The notes below the pieces were generated by a model that was not told the origin of the DNA, made no database searches, and saw only the letters and a list, made by a program, of their open reading frames with translations. A stretch of DNA of 64,000 nt from Candidatus Kuenenia stuttgartensis (GTDB taxonomy: Bacteria > Gemmatimonadota > Gemmatimonadetes > Gemmatimonadales > Gemmatimonadaceae). The position numbers and the translations under genes were made by a program. Positions within the stretch are counted from its first letter, which is position 1. Every line of letters starts with the position of its first letter. Positions 48,854 to 57,974 of the stretch are shown one piece after another. The DNA lies in NCBI GenBank assembly GCA_943330235.2, contig CALQGY020000006.1, positions 3,487-67,486 of the forward strand, in the 5' to 3' direction.

Positions 48854-49225
48854 ATGGGCGAACCGCGGCGTCCTGACCGCGTCGCCGAAGCCATTCGCGA
48901 AGGCGTCGCGTCGTTCCTTGCGGACGGCGCGAAAGACCCGCGGATCCGTGGGTTCGTCACCGTTACGGCGGTCGACATTACCCGCGACCTCCGGCACGCA
49001 ACGGTGTTTGTCAGTGTGATGGGCGAGGACGATGCCAAAAAGGCCACGCTGGAAGGACTGGCCAGCGTGGCGCATCACCTCCGCTCATTGCTGGGGAAGT
49101 CGTTGCGCTTGCGCAACGCACCAGAAATCCATTTCAAGGTCGACGAGAGCATCGCCCGTGCGTCGCGCATCGAGCTGCTCCTCGCGCAGGTCCGCAATGA
49201 GCGGGAGTCGGGCAGTACCGAGTGA
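48854..49225 (+). CDS. rbfA: ribosome-binding factor A
   Basis: RVAEAIREGVASFL...DPRI..VTVTAVDITRDLRHATVFVSV. Confidence 0.92.
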   Translation: MGEPRRPDRVAEAIREGVASFLADGAKDPRIRGFVTVTAVDITRDLRHATVFVSVMGEDDAKKATLEGLASVAHHLRSLLGKSLRLRNAPEIHFKVDESIARASRIELLLAQVRNERESGSTE

Positions 49226-50129
49226 ACCGCGCGTGATGGGGTTGCTGTTCGTCGACAAGCCCGCGGGCATCACGTCGCACGATGTCGTCAGTGTGGTCCG
49301 GCGTGCGGCGCGCTCCAAGCGCGTCGGGCACGCCGGCACACTCGATCCCTTCGCCACCGGACTGCTGGTCGTCGCGGTTGGCACCTGCACACGCCTCCTG
49401 CCGTATCTGGCGGGTGAGCCCAAAGTGTATGACGCCGTCATCCAATTCGGCACCGAGACGGACACCGACGATCGGACCGGCACTGTGATTCGCGAAGCCC
49501 CGTTGCCGGACTTCTCCGCGCTGCCACACGCCATCGCATCCCTCACCGGCCCAATTGCGCAGGTGCCGCCTGCGTTCTCGGCCAAGCACGTCGATGGCCA
49601 GCGGGCCTACGATGTGGCGCGGCGTGGGGGTGTGGTTGACCTGCCCCCCGTGGCGGTCCAGGTCCACGGCTGGGAGATACGCGAGACCGGCGCCGATCGG
49701 ATCACGGTGCGCATCACCTGCGGGGGCGGTACGTACATCCGCGCCTTGGCGCGTGATCTCGGTCGCGCGCTACACAGCGCGGCGCATTGCGCCGACCTGC
49801 GTCGCGTCGCGAGCGGTTCCGCCAGCGTGCAGGAGGCCGTTCCCCTCGAGCGGCTCACGCCAGGGGCCATCGTTGATGGCGCGGTGGCACTGCGATCACC
49901 GCTCCCGGCGCTCGATGCCATGGCCCACGAGACGCTCGACGACGACGGGATCCGCGCGCTGTCGTTCGGGCGCGCCGTACCGGCAACGGTCGAGGGGACG
50001 CGGGCTGCCTTGCTCTACAGCGGTGACATCGTTGCGATCGCCGATCGCGTTCATGATCCGGTGCGCGGTGATCGGTGGCAACCACGGGTCGTACTCCTCA
50101 CGGCGCCGCATCCGGGCGGTGCGGCGTGA
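49197..50129 (+). CDS. truB: tRNA pseudouridine(55) synthase
   Basis: GLLFVDKPAGITSHDVV; catalytic GHAGTLDPFATGLL. ATG 49197 or ATG 49236. Confidence 0.93.
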   Translation: MSGSRAVPSEPRVMGLLFVDKPAGITSHDVVSVVRRAARSKRVGHAGTLDPFATGLLVVAVGTCTRLLPYLAGEPKVYDAVIQFGTETDTDDRTGTVIREAPLPDFSALPHAIASLTGPIAQVPPAFSAKHVDGQRAYDVARRGGVVDLPPVAVQVHGWEIRETGADRITVRITCGGGTYIRALARDLGRALHSAAHCADLRRVASGSASVQEAVPLERLTPGAIVDGAVALRSPLPALDAMAHETLDDDGIRALSFGRAVPATVEGTRAALLYSGDIVAIADRVHDPVRGDRWQPRVVLLTAPHPGGAA

Positions 50130-51058
50130 CCATCGTCCGGGGACTCCCCGTTGGCGACGGCGCGGTCGTGACCGTGGGCACCTTCGACGGGGTACATCGG
50201 GGCCATCAGGACGTCCTCGCGCGACTGGTGGCTCGAGCGTCCACCCGCGGCTGCCCGAGCATCGTGGTGACCTTCAATCCGCATCCGCTCGAGGTGGTGA
50301 ACCCAGCGGCGGCGCCGCCCCTGCTGACGACATTCCACGAAAAGCTCGAGGTGATCGCGCAGTCCGGCGTCGAGCATGCCGCCGTCCTGCCGTTTACCCC
50401 CGCCTTAGCGGCGCTCGGCGCTGAGGAGTTTGTCGATGAGGTGCTCATCGCCCGCTTTGGGATGCGCGAGCTCTTCGTCGGCCACGATCACGGTTTCGGA
50501 CGCGGCCGGATGGGGGACATCGACGTCCTCCGCGCCCTCGGTCGTGACCGCGGGTTCGGCGTCACGGTGCTCGAACCCGTGGTCCTCGCCAACGGCCAGG
50601 CGGTGTCGTCGACGGCCATCCGTCGAGCGGTGGCCGGTGGGGACCTCACGAAGGCGGCCGACGGCCTGGGGCGCCCGTATGCCGTCAGCGGACGAGTCGT
50701 CGGCGGTGACCGGCGGGGACGGCTGCTCGGATATCCAACCCTCAATCTCGAACCTCCGCCGCCGCAGAAACTCCTGCCACCCGATGGCGTCTACGCGGTG
50801 CGCGTGCAAACGCCGCAGGGGGCCTTCGGTGGAATGCTCAATCTGGGGCCACGCCCGACCTTCGGCGACGCTGATCGGCGCATAGAAACGCACGTATTCG
50901 ACGCGTCTCACGATTGGTACGGTGCGCCGGTACGTCTCGATTTCGTCGCCCGGCTGCGAGAAACGCGCGCTTTTCCGAGCGTCGAGGCGCTGATGGAGCA
51001 GCTCGGACGCGATGAATCGGCGGCGCGGGTCGCGCTGGGGCAGGCCAGATTCGCGTAG
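50126..51058 (+). CDS. ribF: bifunctional riboflavin kinase / FMN adenylyltransferase
   Basis: VGTFDGVHRGHQDVL; GYPTLN; THVFD. GTGA overlap with truB. Confidence 0.92.
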   Translation: MTIVRGLPVGDGAVVTVGTFDGVHRGHQDVLARLVARASTRGCPSIVVTFNPHPLEVVNPAAAPPLLTTFHEKLEVIAQSGVEHAAVLPFTPALAALGAEEFVDEVLIARFGMRELFVGHDHGFGRGRMGDIDVLRALGRDRGFGVTVLEPVVLANGQAVSSTAIRRAVAGGDLTKAADGLGRPYAVSGRVVGGDRRGRLLGYPTLNLEPPPPQKLLPPDGVYAVRVQTPQGAFGGMLNLGPRPTFGDADRRIETHVFDASHDWYGAPVRLDFVARLRETRAFPSVEALMEQLGRDESAARVALGQARFA

Positions 51059-51320
51059 ACCGCAGATCCCGCGTCCTCTCTGCCTACCGGACGAGGCGAT
51101 CAGCCCCTAAGTTAGGGGGCTTGGCGTACTTTCGGGACGCATAGTCGCTGCACAGCCCCCGACGCGCTGACCGCTGTCGTTGTACCCGCAGGTCGTTGTA
51201 TTCACTCGGTGTTCCGCTGATCGCGCTCATGACATTGCTGAGCGTCCGATCTCGTACTTCGGATGGCGTGTCCGCATGGGACATTAGCTATCCACCGTCC
51301 ACCCCTGGCCACCGGCATCG

Positions 51321-52997
51321 ATGGCGAACCTGAAGTACCGCCTCCTGCTCATCGTGGGACTTCTCGCGGCTTCCGCGTGGTCTCTCTATCCGCGAACCGT
51401 TGTCGAGCGCGTCAAGCGCGACGGCGCGTTCGTCTATGACACCTTGAAGCGTGTGCCGCTGAAGCGCGGTCTCGACCTGCAAGGCGGCATGCACCTCGAA
51501 CTCGAAATTGACGAGTCGAAGCAAGCGGTCGCCAACAAGTCAGAAGCGCTGGATCGTGCCCTCAAGGTCGTCCGTCAGCGTATCGACGAATTCGGCGTCT
51601 CCGAGCCGCTCGTGCAGAAGGCCGGCGAGGATCGCATCATCGTCGAGTTGCCTGGCATCGACGATCCCGAGCGCGCCATCGAACTGGTGCAGAAATCGGC
51701 GTTTCTGGAGTTCCAGATCACCGATAAGACGCAGGCGCTCGAACGCGTGATGCCGCGGTTCGACGAAATTGCCCGCAGCGCCGGCATTGCCGTCGCCAGC
51801 GCCGTCGGCAACGATACCGCCAAGAAGAGCGGCGCCACGTCGCTGCTGACGCAGAAGGCGGATTCGTCCAAGGACAGCACCGGAAAGGCCGTCGCCACGA
51901 CGGGCAAGGATAGCACTGGCAAGGACAGCACGGCCGCCAAGGCCGTCGCCGGTGGACTGTTTGCGACGAACGTCCAACCGGGTCAGCTGCCTGGCCAGTA
52001 CATCATCCCCGAGTCGGCGTTCTCCGCCATCTCGAAGGCGTTGGCGCTGCCCGCCATTCAGGCGGCGATGCCGCCCGGTAAGAACATGCGCTGGGGCGTG
52101 GATTCGCTCGTCTCCGGCAACCAACGGTTCTTCGCCCTGTACGTGCTCGATTCGCGTCCGATCATCACCGGTGAGGTGCTGACCGACGCGCGTCCGAACA
52201 GCGATCCGGTCGAAGGCAACGTGGTCCAGTTCACGCTGAACAACGAAGGCGCGCGTCGCTTCAAGGCCGAGACCGGCAAGCATGTGAAGGACAACATGGC
52301 CATCGTGCTCGACCAGCGTGTCGTCACGGCGCCCGTGCTCAACAGCGCGATCGGTCGCAACGGCCAGATCACGCTCGGTGGCGGCTCGCTGCAGGCGGCG
52401 CAGGATCTGGCGCTCGTGCTGCGCGCCGGTGCGTTGCCCGTTCCGCTCAAGGTGGCGCAGTATGGCACCATCGGCGCGAGTCTCGGCAATGACTCCATCA
52501 ACAAGGGTGTCCTCGCGCTCGGCATCGCGATGCTGCTGATCATGGTCATCTTGATCGGCTACTACCGGTTCTCCGGTCTGCTCGCGGTCGCGGCGCTCGT
52601 GCTCTATCTCGTGTACACGTTGGCGATGCTCGCGGGCTTCAACGCCGTGCTCACGCTTCCGGGCTTGGCCGGGTTTGTCCTCTCCATCGGTATCGCGGTC
52701 GACGCGAACGTGCTGATCTTCGAACGCATTCGTGAAGAACTCGATCATGGAAAGTCGGTCCGCTTGGCCATCGACGAAGGCTTCCGTCATGCGCTCAGCG
52801 CCATCATCGACACGTCGGCGACGACCATTCTGTCTGGTATGGTACTGTACCAGTACGGAACGGGTCCGGTTCGTGGCTTCGCGGTGACGCTCGTCGCCGG
52901 CCTCGTTGCGTCGCTGTTCACGGCGCTCTTCGTCAGCAAGACTTTCTTCCTGCTCTGGCTCAACCGCTCGCGCGGTGTGCAGACCCTGAGCATCTGA
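51321..52997 (+). CDS. secD: protein translocase subunit SecD
   Basis: [12 protein letters not shown]; [26 protein letters not shown]; C-terminal six-TM block with [17 protein letters not shown]. Confidence 0.95.
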   Translation: MANLKYRLLLIVGLLAASAWSLYPRTVVERVKRDGAFVYDTLKRVPLKRGLDLQGGMHLELEIDESKQAVANKSEALDRALKVVRQRIDEFGVSEPLVQKAGEDRIIVELPGIDDPERAIELVQKSAFLEFQITDKTQALERVMPRFDEIARSAGIAVASAVGNDTAKKSGATSLLTQKADSSKDSTGKAVATTGKDSTGKDSTAAKAVAGGLFATNVQPGQLPGQYIIPESAFSAISKALALPAIQAAMPPGKNMRWGVDSLVSGNQRFFALYVLDSRPIITGEVLTDARPNSDPVEGNVVQFTLNNEGARRFKAETGKHVKDNMAIVLDQRVVTAPVLNSAIGRNGQITLGGGSLQAAQDLALVLRAGALPVPLKVAQYGTIGASLGNDSINKGVLALGIAMLLIMVILIGYYRFSGLLAVAALVLYLVYTLAMLAGFNAVLTLPGLAGFVLSIGIAVDANVLIFERIREELDHGKSVRLAIDEGFRHALSAIIDTSATTILSGMVLYQYGTGPVRGFAVTLVAGLVASLFTALFVSKTFFLLWLNRSRGVQTLSI

Positions 52998-53004
52998 GGC
53001 CGCC

Positions 53005-54024
53005 ATGATTCGCATCTTCCACAACACGTCGTACCACTTCCTCAAGCATTGGCGCATGGCCGCGATCCTGACGGCGGCGTTCATCGCGGCCGGACTTGCG
53101 ACGTACGCCATCACCGGCGGGCCGAACTACAGCATCGAATTCACCGGCGGCACGCTGATGCAGGTGCAGTTCAAGTCCAAGCCGGACGTCGCCGTGCTGC
53201 GCTCGACGCTCGATGTCGCGGGAATTACCGGCGCGGAGATCCAGCAGTTCGGGACGGAGCTCGACTACACCATTCGCGCGCGCGATGAGAAGCAGGTGGA
53301 GGCCCAGGCGGCTGGTGCCGAAGGCATCTCCAACAAGATCAAGGCGACGCTCACCGCGAAGTACGGCGCTGGCGAAGTCACGGTCGTGCGCAGCGAGGCC
53401 GTCGGACCGAAAGTCGGCGGCGAACTGCGGTCCGGCGCCATCAACGCGATGATTATCGCCTCGCTGCTGACGCTGCTGTATCTGGCGATCCGCTTCGATT
53501 GGCGCTTCGGCCTCTCGGCCGTGCTGTCGACGGCCCACGATATCCTCGTGACCATGGCCTTCATCAAGTTGCTCCACGTCGAAGTCTCGCTGACCGTGGT
53601 CGCGGCCATCCTCACGCTCTTGGGATACTCGGCCAACGACACCATCATCATTTTCGATCGTGTCCGCGAAAACTTGCGCAAGACGCGCAAGGGTGAGTCG
53701 TTGGCGGAGTTGCTCGACCGCTCCATTAACGAAACGCTGCCGCGCTCGATCATGACGCACGCCACCGTGCTCGCCGCGACGCTCGCACTGCTGTTAGTCG
53801 CCGGTGAGGTGATTCGGCCGTTCGCGGTCGTCATGACGTTCGGCGTGTTCGTCGCCACGTTCTCTTCCATCTACGTCGCCGGCCCGATCCTCATGTACAT
53901 CGAGGGACGGTATCCCCGCGCGGCGTCCGAAGCGCAGAGCCGGGCCATCCGTTCTGGTGCGACGGATGTCCCTCCGACGACCCCGCCGCGCACGCGCGGC
54001 ACGGATCGCGTCGCTTCGCGTTAA
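53005..54024 (+). CDS. secF: protein translocase subunit SecF
   Basis: NYSIEFTGGT; LLGYSANDTIIIFDRVREN. Confidence 0.95.
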   Translation: MIRIFHNTSYHFLKHWRMAAILTAAFIAAGLATYAITGGPNYSIEFTGGTLMQVQFKSKPDVAVLRSTLDVAGITGAEIQQFGTELDYTIRARDEKQVEAQAAGAEGISNKIKATLTAKYGAGEVTVVRSEAVGPKVGGELRSGAINAMIIASLLTLLYLAIRFDWRFGLSAVLSTAHDILVTMAFIKLLHVEVSLTVVAAILTLLGYSANDTIIIFDRVRENLRKTRKGESLAELLDRSINETLPRSIMTHATVLAATLALLLVAGEVIRPFAVVMTFGVFVATFSSIYVAGPILMYIEGRYPRAASEAQSRAIRSGATDVPPTTPPRTRGTDRVASR

Positions 54025-54064
54025 GGATCTAGCACCCATCGTGCCGGCGGCCACACCGCGCCCC

Positions 54065-54835
54065 ATGATGTTTGCGGATAGTCACGTGCATTTGGCCGAT
54101 GCGGCGTTCGCAGAAGATGCGGACGCCGCCATCGAACGGGCTCGCGCAGCAGGTGCGCGAGCCCTCGTTTGTATCGGTGAGTCGCCGGCGGCGGCGCGAC
54201 GGGCGCAAGCCATCGCGGCACGCTATCCGGGCTTTGTGTTTCATACCTGTGGCGTGCATCCGCACGATGCCAATGACTGGGACGATGTGCGTGATGCGGA
54301 GGCCATCCGCGAGGCGGTCGGCCTCGGTGCGGTCGCCGTGGGGGAGTGTGGCCTCGACAATCATTACGATCACGTCCCCATGGCCGCGCAGCGGCGCGCG
54401 CTCGATGCCCAGATGGCGATTGCCGCTGAGCTGGATCGTCCGATCGTGCTCCACACCCGCGAGGCCGAGGACGAAACCGTCGCGGTGCTGCGGCTGGCTG
54501 CCAGCGCCGGCATTCGCGGGGTACTGCACTGCTTCACGGGGTCGCACCGGTTAGCCGAGGTCGGACTCGAGGCGGGATGGTACGTGTCGTTCAGCGGGAT
54601 CATCACGTTCAAAAAATGGACAGATGACGCGCTGCTTCGCCTCGTACCCGAGGATCGCCTGCTCATCGAGTCGGACGCACCCTATCTCGCCCCCGTGCCC
54701 CATCGCGGGAAGCGCAATGAGTCCGCGTTCGTCGCGCTCACCCTTGCTCGGATTGCGGCGGCACGCGACACTGATCCCGATCGGCTGGGCGAGGCACTCG
54801 TCCGTAACACCCAACGGCTGTTCGCACTGCCGTAG
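54065..54835 (+). CDS. tatD: TatD-family metal-dependent hydrolase
   Basis: FADSHVHL; AVGECGLD; LHTREA; HCFTG; ESDAPYL. Confidence 0.9.
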   Translation: MMFADSHVHLADAAFAEDADAAIERARAAGARALVCIGESPAAARRAQAIAARYPGFVFHTCGVHPHDANDWDDVRDAEAIREAVGLGAVAVGECGLDNHYDHVPMAAQRRALDAQMAIAAELDRPIVLHTREAEDETVAVLRLAASAGIRGVLHCFTGSHRLAEVGLEAGWYVSFSGIITFKKWTDDALLRLVPEDRLLIESDAPYLAPVPHRGKRNESAFVALTLARIAAARDTDPDRLGEALVRNTQRLFALP

Positions 54836-54903
54836 CGTCACACGCTCCCGCGACCCGAGGGTCGGAGGGCGTAGTTCCTTCACCCGTTTCCCTCGCAAAG
54901 ACC

Positions 54904-55287
54904 ATGTCCGTTCAGACGATTCACTCCGATCTCGCGCCGAAGGCGATTGGCCCGTACTCCCAAGCCATTCGCGCGAATGGGTTCTTATTCACGGCTGGAC
55001 AGATTCCGCTCGATCCGGCCACCATGGAAGTCGTCAGCGGAGACGTCACGGCGCAGACCGAACAGGTTCTCGCGAACCTGACGGCCGTGCTGCACGAAGC
55101 CGGCACGGACTGGGCGCACGTGGTCAAGACCACCGTGTTTCTCCGTGACATGGCGGAATTCGCGGCGATGAATGCGGTCTACTCGCGTGTCCTCGGTGAC
55201 GCGAAGCCGGCGCGTTCAACCGTGGCGGTGCTGGCACTGCCGCGCGACGTCCGCGTCGAGATCGAGGCCGTCGCACTCATCCCGTGA
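54904..55287 (+). CDS. ridA: RidA-family reactive intermediate/imine deaminase
   Basis: APKAIGPYSQAI...FTAGQIPLDP...KTTVFL...PARSTV..LPRDVRVEIEAVA. Confidence 0.92.
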   Translation: MSVQTIHSDLAPKAIGPYSQAIRANGFLFTAGQIPLDPATMEVVSGDVTAQTEQVLANLTAVLHEAGTDWAHVVKTTVFLRDMAEFAAMNAVYSRVLGDAKPARSTVAVLALPRDVRVEIEAVALIP

Positions 55288-55352
55288 GTGGGCGCCCACC
55301 CGAGACGGTGTACCACGTGAACCGTTCACCGGTGACGGGGTATCGAGCGCGC

Positions 55353-55937
55353 ATGTCGAACGCCGCGAGGTGCATGTGGCTGGTCGCGTTGCTCGGTGTC
55401 GCCGGTGGCGAGGTGCGCGCGCAAACGAAGCCGAAATCGCCGGTGCCGGTCACGCGCGATACCACAATCGCCCCGATGGCACGGGCGAAGGCGGTGACGC
55501 GAATGACACCACCGTTGTCCCCCAAAAAGGCGTTCCTGTATTCGGTCGTACTCCCAGGGCTGGGGCAGTCTCGACTCGACCGCGGGACGTCTGGTGCGCT
55601 GTTCGCCAGCGTAGAACTGGCGGCCATCACCATGATTCGCCGCAGTAACGCCGACCTGCGCGAAGTGCGACGCTATCGTATCGACACGTTGCCAGCGGAT
55701 TTCGTCGTGTCTGGCAGCACGCTGACCAAGTCGGGCATCCTCACCAATCGATATACGGCCGATCTCGAGCGCACACGACGGCTGCATGTAGAAGACTGGA
55801 TCGCGGCCCTGGCGTTCAATCACCTCTTCGCCGGTGCTGACTCCTTCGTCGCCGCGCAGCTGTGGGACGTGCCGGTTTCTCTCTCGGCGGTGCCAAGCAG
55901 CCGGGGCGGTGCGCTCGTTGCGACGGTGAAGTGGTGA
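55353..55937 (+). CDS. hypothetical secreted/membrane protein (possibly DUF5683-like)
   Basis: Signal peptide MSNAARCMWLVALLGVAGGEVRAQ; LYSVVLPGLGQSRLD motif. Family assignment is tentative. Confidence 0.45.
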   Translation: MSNAARCMWLVALLGVAGGEVRAQTKPKSPVPVTRDTTIAPMARAKAVTRMTPPLSPKKAFLYSVVLPGLGQSRLDRGTSGALFASVELAAITMIRRSNADLREVRRYRIDTLPADFVVSGSTLTKSGILTNRYTADLERTRRLHVEDWIAALAFNHLFAGADSFVAAQLWDVPVSLSAVPSSRGGALVATVKW

Positions 55938-56737
55938 ATGCAGGGGCGCCGATCGGTGTCTTCGACTCCGGTCTCGGCGGACTCACCGTGGTGCGGGCGC
56001 TGCGGGCGCGCATGCCTGATGAGTCGCTGCTGTATGTCGGAGACACAGCGCGCGTGCCCTACGGACCGAAGAGCCCGGAAACGGTGCGGCGGTACTCGAC
56101 ACAGATCGCTGGGTGGCTCGTCGACCAAGGCGTGAAGGTCATTGTGGTCGCATGCAACACCGCGACGGCGCACGCGCTCTCGGCGTTACAGGAGAGCATG
56201 CCCGTTCCCGTGATTGGTGTCGTCGAACCCGGTGCCCGCGCGGCGGTCGCGACCACGCGCGGTGGGGCCATCGGCGTCATCGGTACCCTTGGGACCATCG
56301 CCTCGGGCGCGTATGAGCGCGCGATTCACGCACTGGCTCCAAGCGTCGATGTACGCGTGCAGGCATGTCCGCTCTTCGTGCCCCTCGTGGAAGAGGGCTG
56401 GATCGATCATCCGGCAACCAAACTGATCGCCCACGAGTACCTCGCCCCACTCAGGCAGACGCCCATCGACACCCTCGTTCTTGGCTGCACGCACTACCCG
56501 TTGCTGGCTCCACTGATTGCGAGCGAGATGGGCCCCGACGTCATGCTCATCGACAGCGCCGATGAGACGGCGGCAGAGACGCAGCGACTCCTCAGGGCCG
56601 CCGGAGCGCTTGCCGCCGCCGGTGCGACGGCAACGCATCGCTTTGTCGCGTCAGACGCGCCGGATCGCTTCCTGGCCCTCGGCCGACGATTCCTCGATGA
56701 CGCGATGACCAGCGTCGAGCTCGTCGCCTTCGCCTGA
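55934..56737 (+). CDS. murI: glutamate racemase
   Basis: IGVFDSGLGGLTV; VVACNTA; LGCTHYP. GTGA overlap with the upstream gene. Confidence 0.93.
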   Translation: MNAGAPIGVFDSGLGGLTVVRALRARMPDESLLYVGDTARVPYGPKSPETVRRYSTQIAGWLVDQGVKVIVVACNTATAHALSALQESMPVPVIGVVEPGARAAVATTRGGAIGVIGTLGTIASGAYERAIHALAPSVDVRVQACPLFVPLVEEGWIDHPATKLIAHEYLAPLRQTPIDTLVLGCTHYPLLAPLIASEMGPDVMLIDSADETAAETQRLLRAAGALAAAGATATHRFVASDAPDRFLALGRRFLDDAMTSVELVAFA

Positions 56738-57454
56738 TCCGGTCCAGAGACGACGGCTGATCACATCGCCGTCGATTCGCACGAACTGTTGATCCAGATA
56801 CCAGGCACCGGCGTTCGCGTACCACCCACCGCCCGCGCGCGTAAGCGTAGGCACGTGCGAGTGGCCGTGCATCACCAGCGCTGGCGCCGCTGGTGCGGAC
56901 AGGACCGCACTCGCGACGGCCAGCAGCCCGCGGCCTTCGTCGCCGGCCCGGCGGTGCCGGCTCGTATCGGACGATGCGAGTGCGACACGGGAGGCAAAAT
57001 CCGGATGAAGCCAGCCGAACGCACGAATCGCCAACGGATGGCGCAAGACCGTTCGCAGGCGGCGATACGGAGCGTCCTCAATCGCGCGCAGCCCATCACC
57101 GTGTGCGAGGCGCGCTGACCAGGCTCCGATGTCCCCGTGCCACGGCGCGAGCGTATAGGTCGCCCCGGTCTCGGCCATGAGGGTATCTCCACCCCAGCAG
57201 TCGTGGTTCCCGCCGATCCAGAGGACCTCAACGCCGGCATCGCGCAAATCTGCGATCGCCGCCAGCACGCGATAGCCGCTGCGGGGCATCACGTGCCGCC
57301 AGGCGAACCAAAAGTCGAAGAGGTCACCCATGATGACCAACGATCGCGCGCGCCCGCTGAGCGACCGCAGGAACGCGAGCAGGGCACGCTCGGATTCCGG
57401 CGATGCAACGCCAAGATGGGCGTCACCGATCACGTAGCACGGGGAGGGAAGCAC
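56651..57454 (-). CDS. UDP-2,3-diacylglucosamine diphosphatase-like metallophosphoesterase (LpxH-like)
   Basis: YVIGDAHLG; IMGDLFDFWF; IGGNHD; HGHSH. Confidence 0.8.
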   Translation of the reverse strand: MLPSPCYVIGDAHLGVASPESERALLAFLRSLSGRARSLVIMGDLFDFWFAWRHVMPRSGYRVLAAIADLRDAGVEVLWIGGNHDCWGGDTLMAETGATYTLAPWHGDIGAWSARLAHGDGLRAIEDAPYRRLRTVLRHPLAIRAFGWLHPDFASRVALASSDTSRHRRAGDEGRGLLAVASAVLSAPAAPALVMHGHSHVPTLTRAGGGWYANAGAWYLDQQFVRIDGDVISRRLWTGSGEGDELDAGHRVIEESSAEGQEAIRRV

Positions 57455-57539
57455 AGTCGCAGTCTAATGCGCGCCTCGGTTCCCGACAAACTCCGGCTAA
57501 CGCCTTGAGCGGCCCCCGCCGCGGCCCTCATCTTTCGCC

Positions 57540-57974
57540 ATGGCTCTAGAAATGGTTTCCGAGGTCCGCGTGCGCTACGCGGAGACCGATCAGATGGGCG
57601 TGGTGTACCACGCCAATTACCTGATCTGGTGCGAGATCGGACGCACGGATTTTATTCGCGCACTCGGTACGCCGTACGCGCAGCTCGAACGCGACGGGGT
57701 CATGCTCGCCGTCTCCGATGCCGCGCTGCGTTTTCATGCCTCGGCACGCTATGACGACGCCATTCGCATTTACACGAGGCTCACCGATGTGCGCTCGCGC
57801 GCGATGACGTTCGCGTACCGCATCGTGCTCGCCGAATCCAACACCCAGTTGGTCTCGGGAACGACGGGGCTGATCTCGCTCACGCGAGAGGGGCGGCTGG
57901 CGTCGTTACCTGGGCCCGTTCGTCAGTTGCTCGAGTCCAGCGTATCGCCCGGCTTTGACCGGGATGCGGCATGA
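57540..57974 (+). CDS. acyl-CoA thioesterase, 4HBT/YbgC family
   Basis: VRVRYAETDQMGVVYHANYLIWCEIGRTDF hot-dog fold motif. Confidence 0.85.
   Translation: MALEMVSEVRVRYAETDQMGVVYHANYLIWCEIGRTDFIRALGTPYAQLERDGVMLAVSDAALRFHASARYDDAIRIYTRLTDVRSRAMTFAYRIVLAESNTQLVSGTTGLISLTREGRLASLPGPVRQLLESSVSPGFDRDAA

Noticed and set aside
46589-49078. 829-aa minus-strand ORF opposite infB/rbfA
   Set aside because: It is a shadow frame of an unambiguous IF-2 gene, with no motifs.
51084-51284. 66-aa minus-strand ORF in the ribF-secD spacer
   Set aside because: Its third-position G/C is clearly lower than in real genes here, and I recognise no motif. It is kept only as part of the unexplained-spacer finding.
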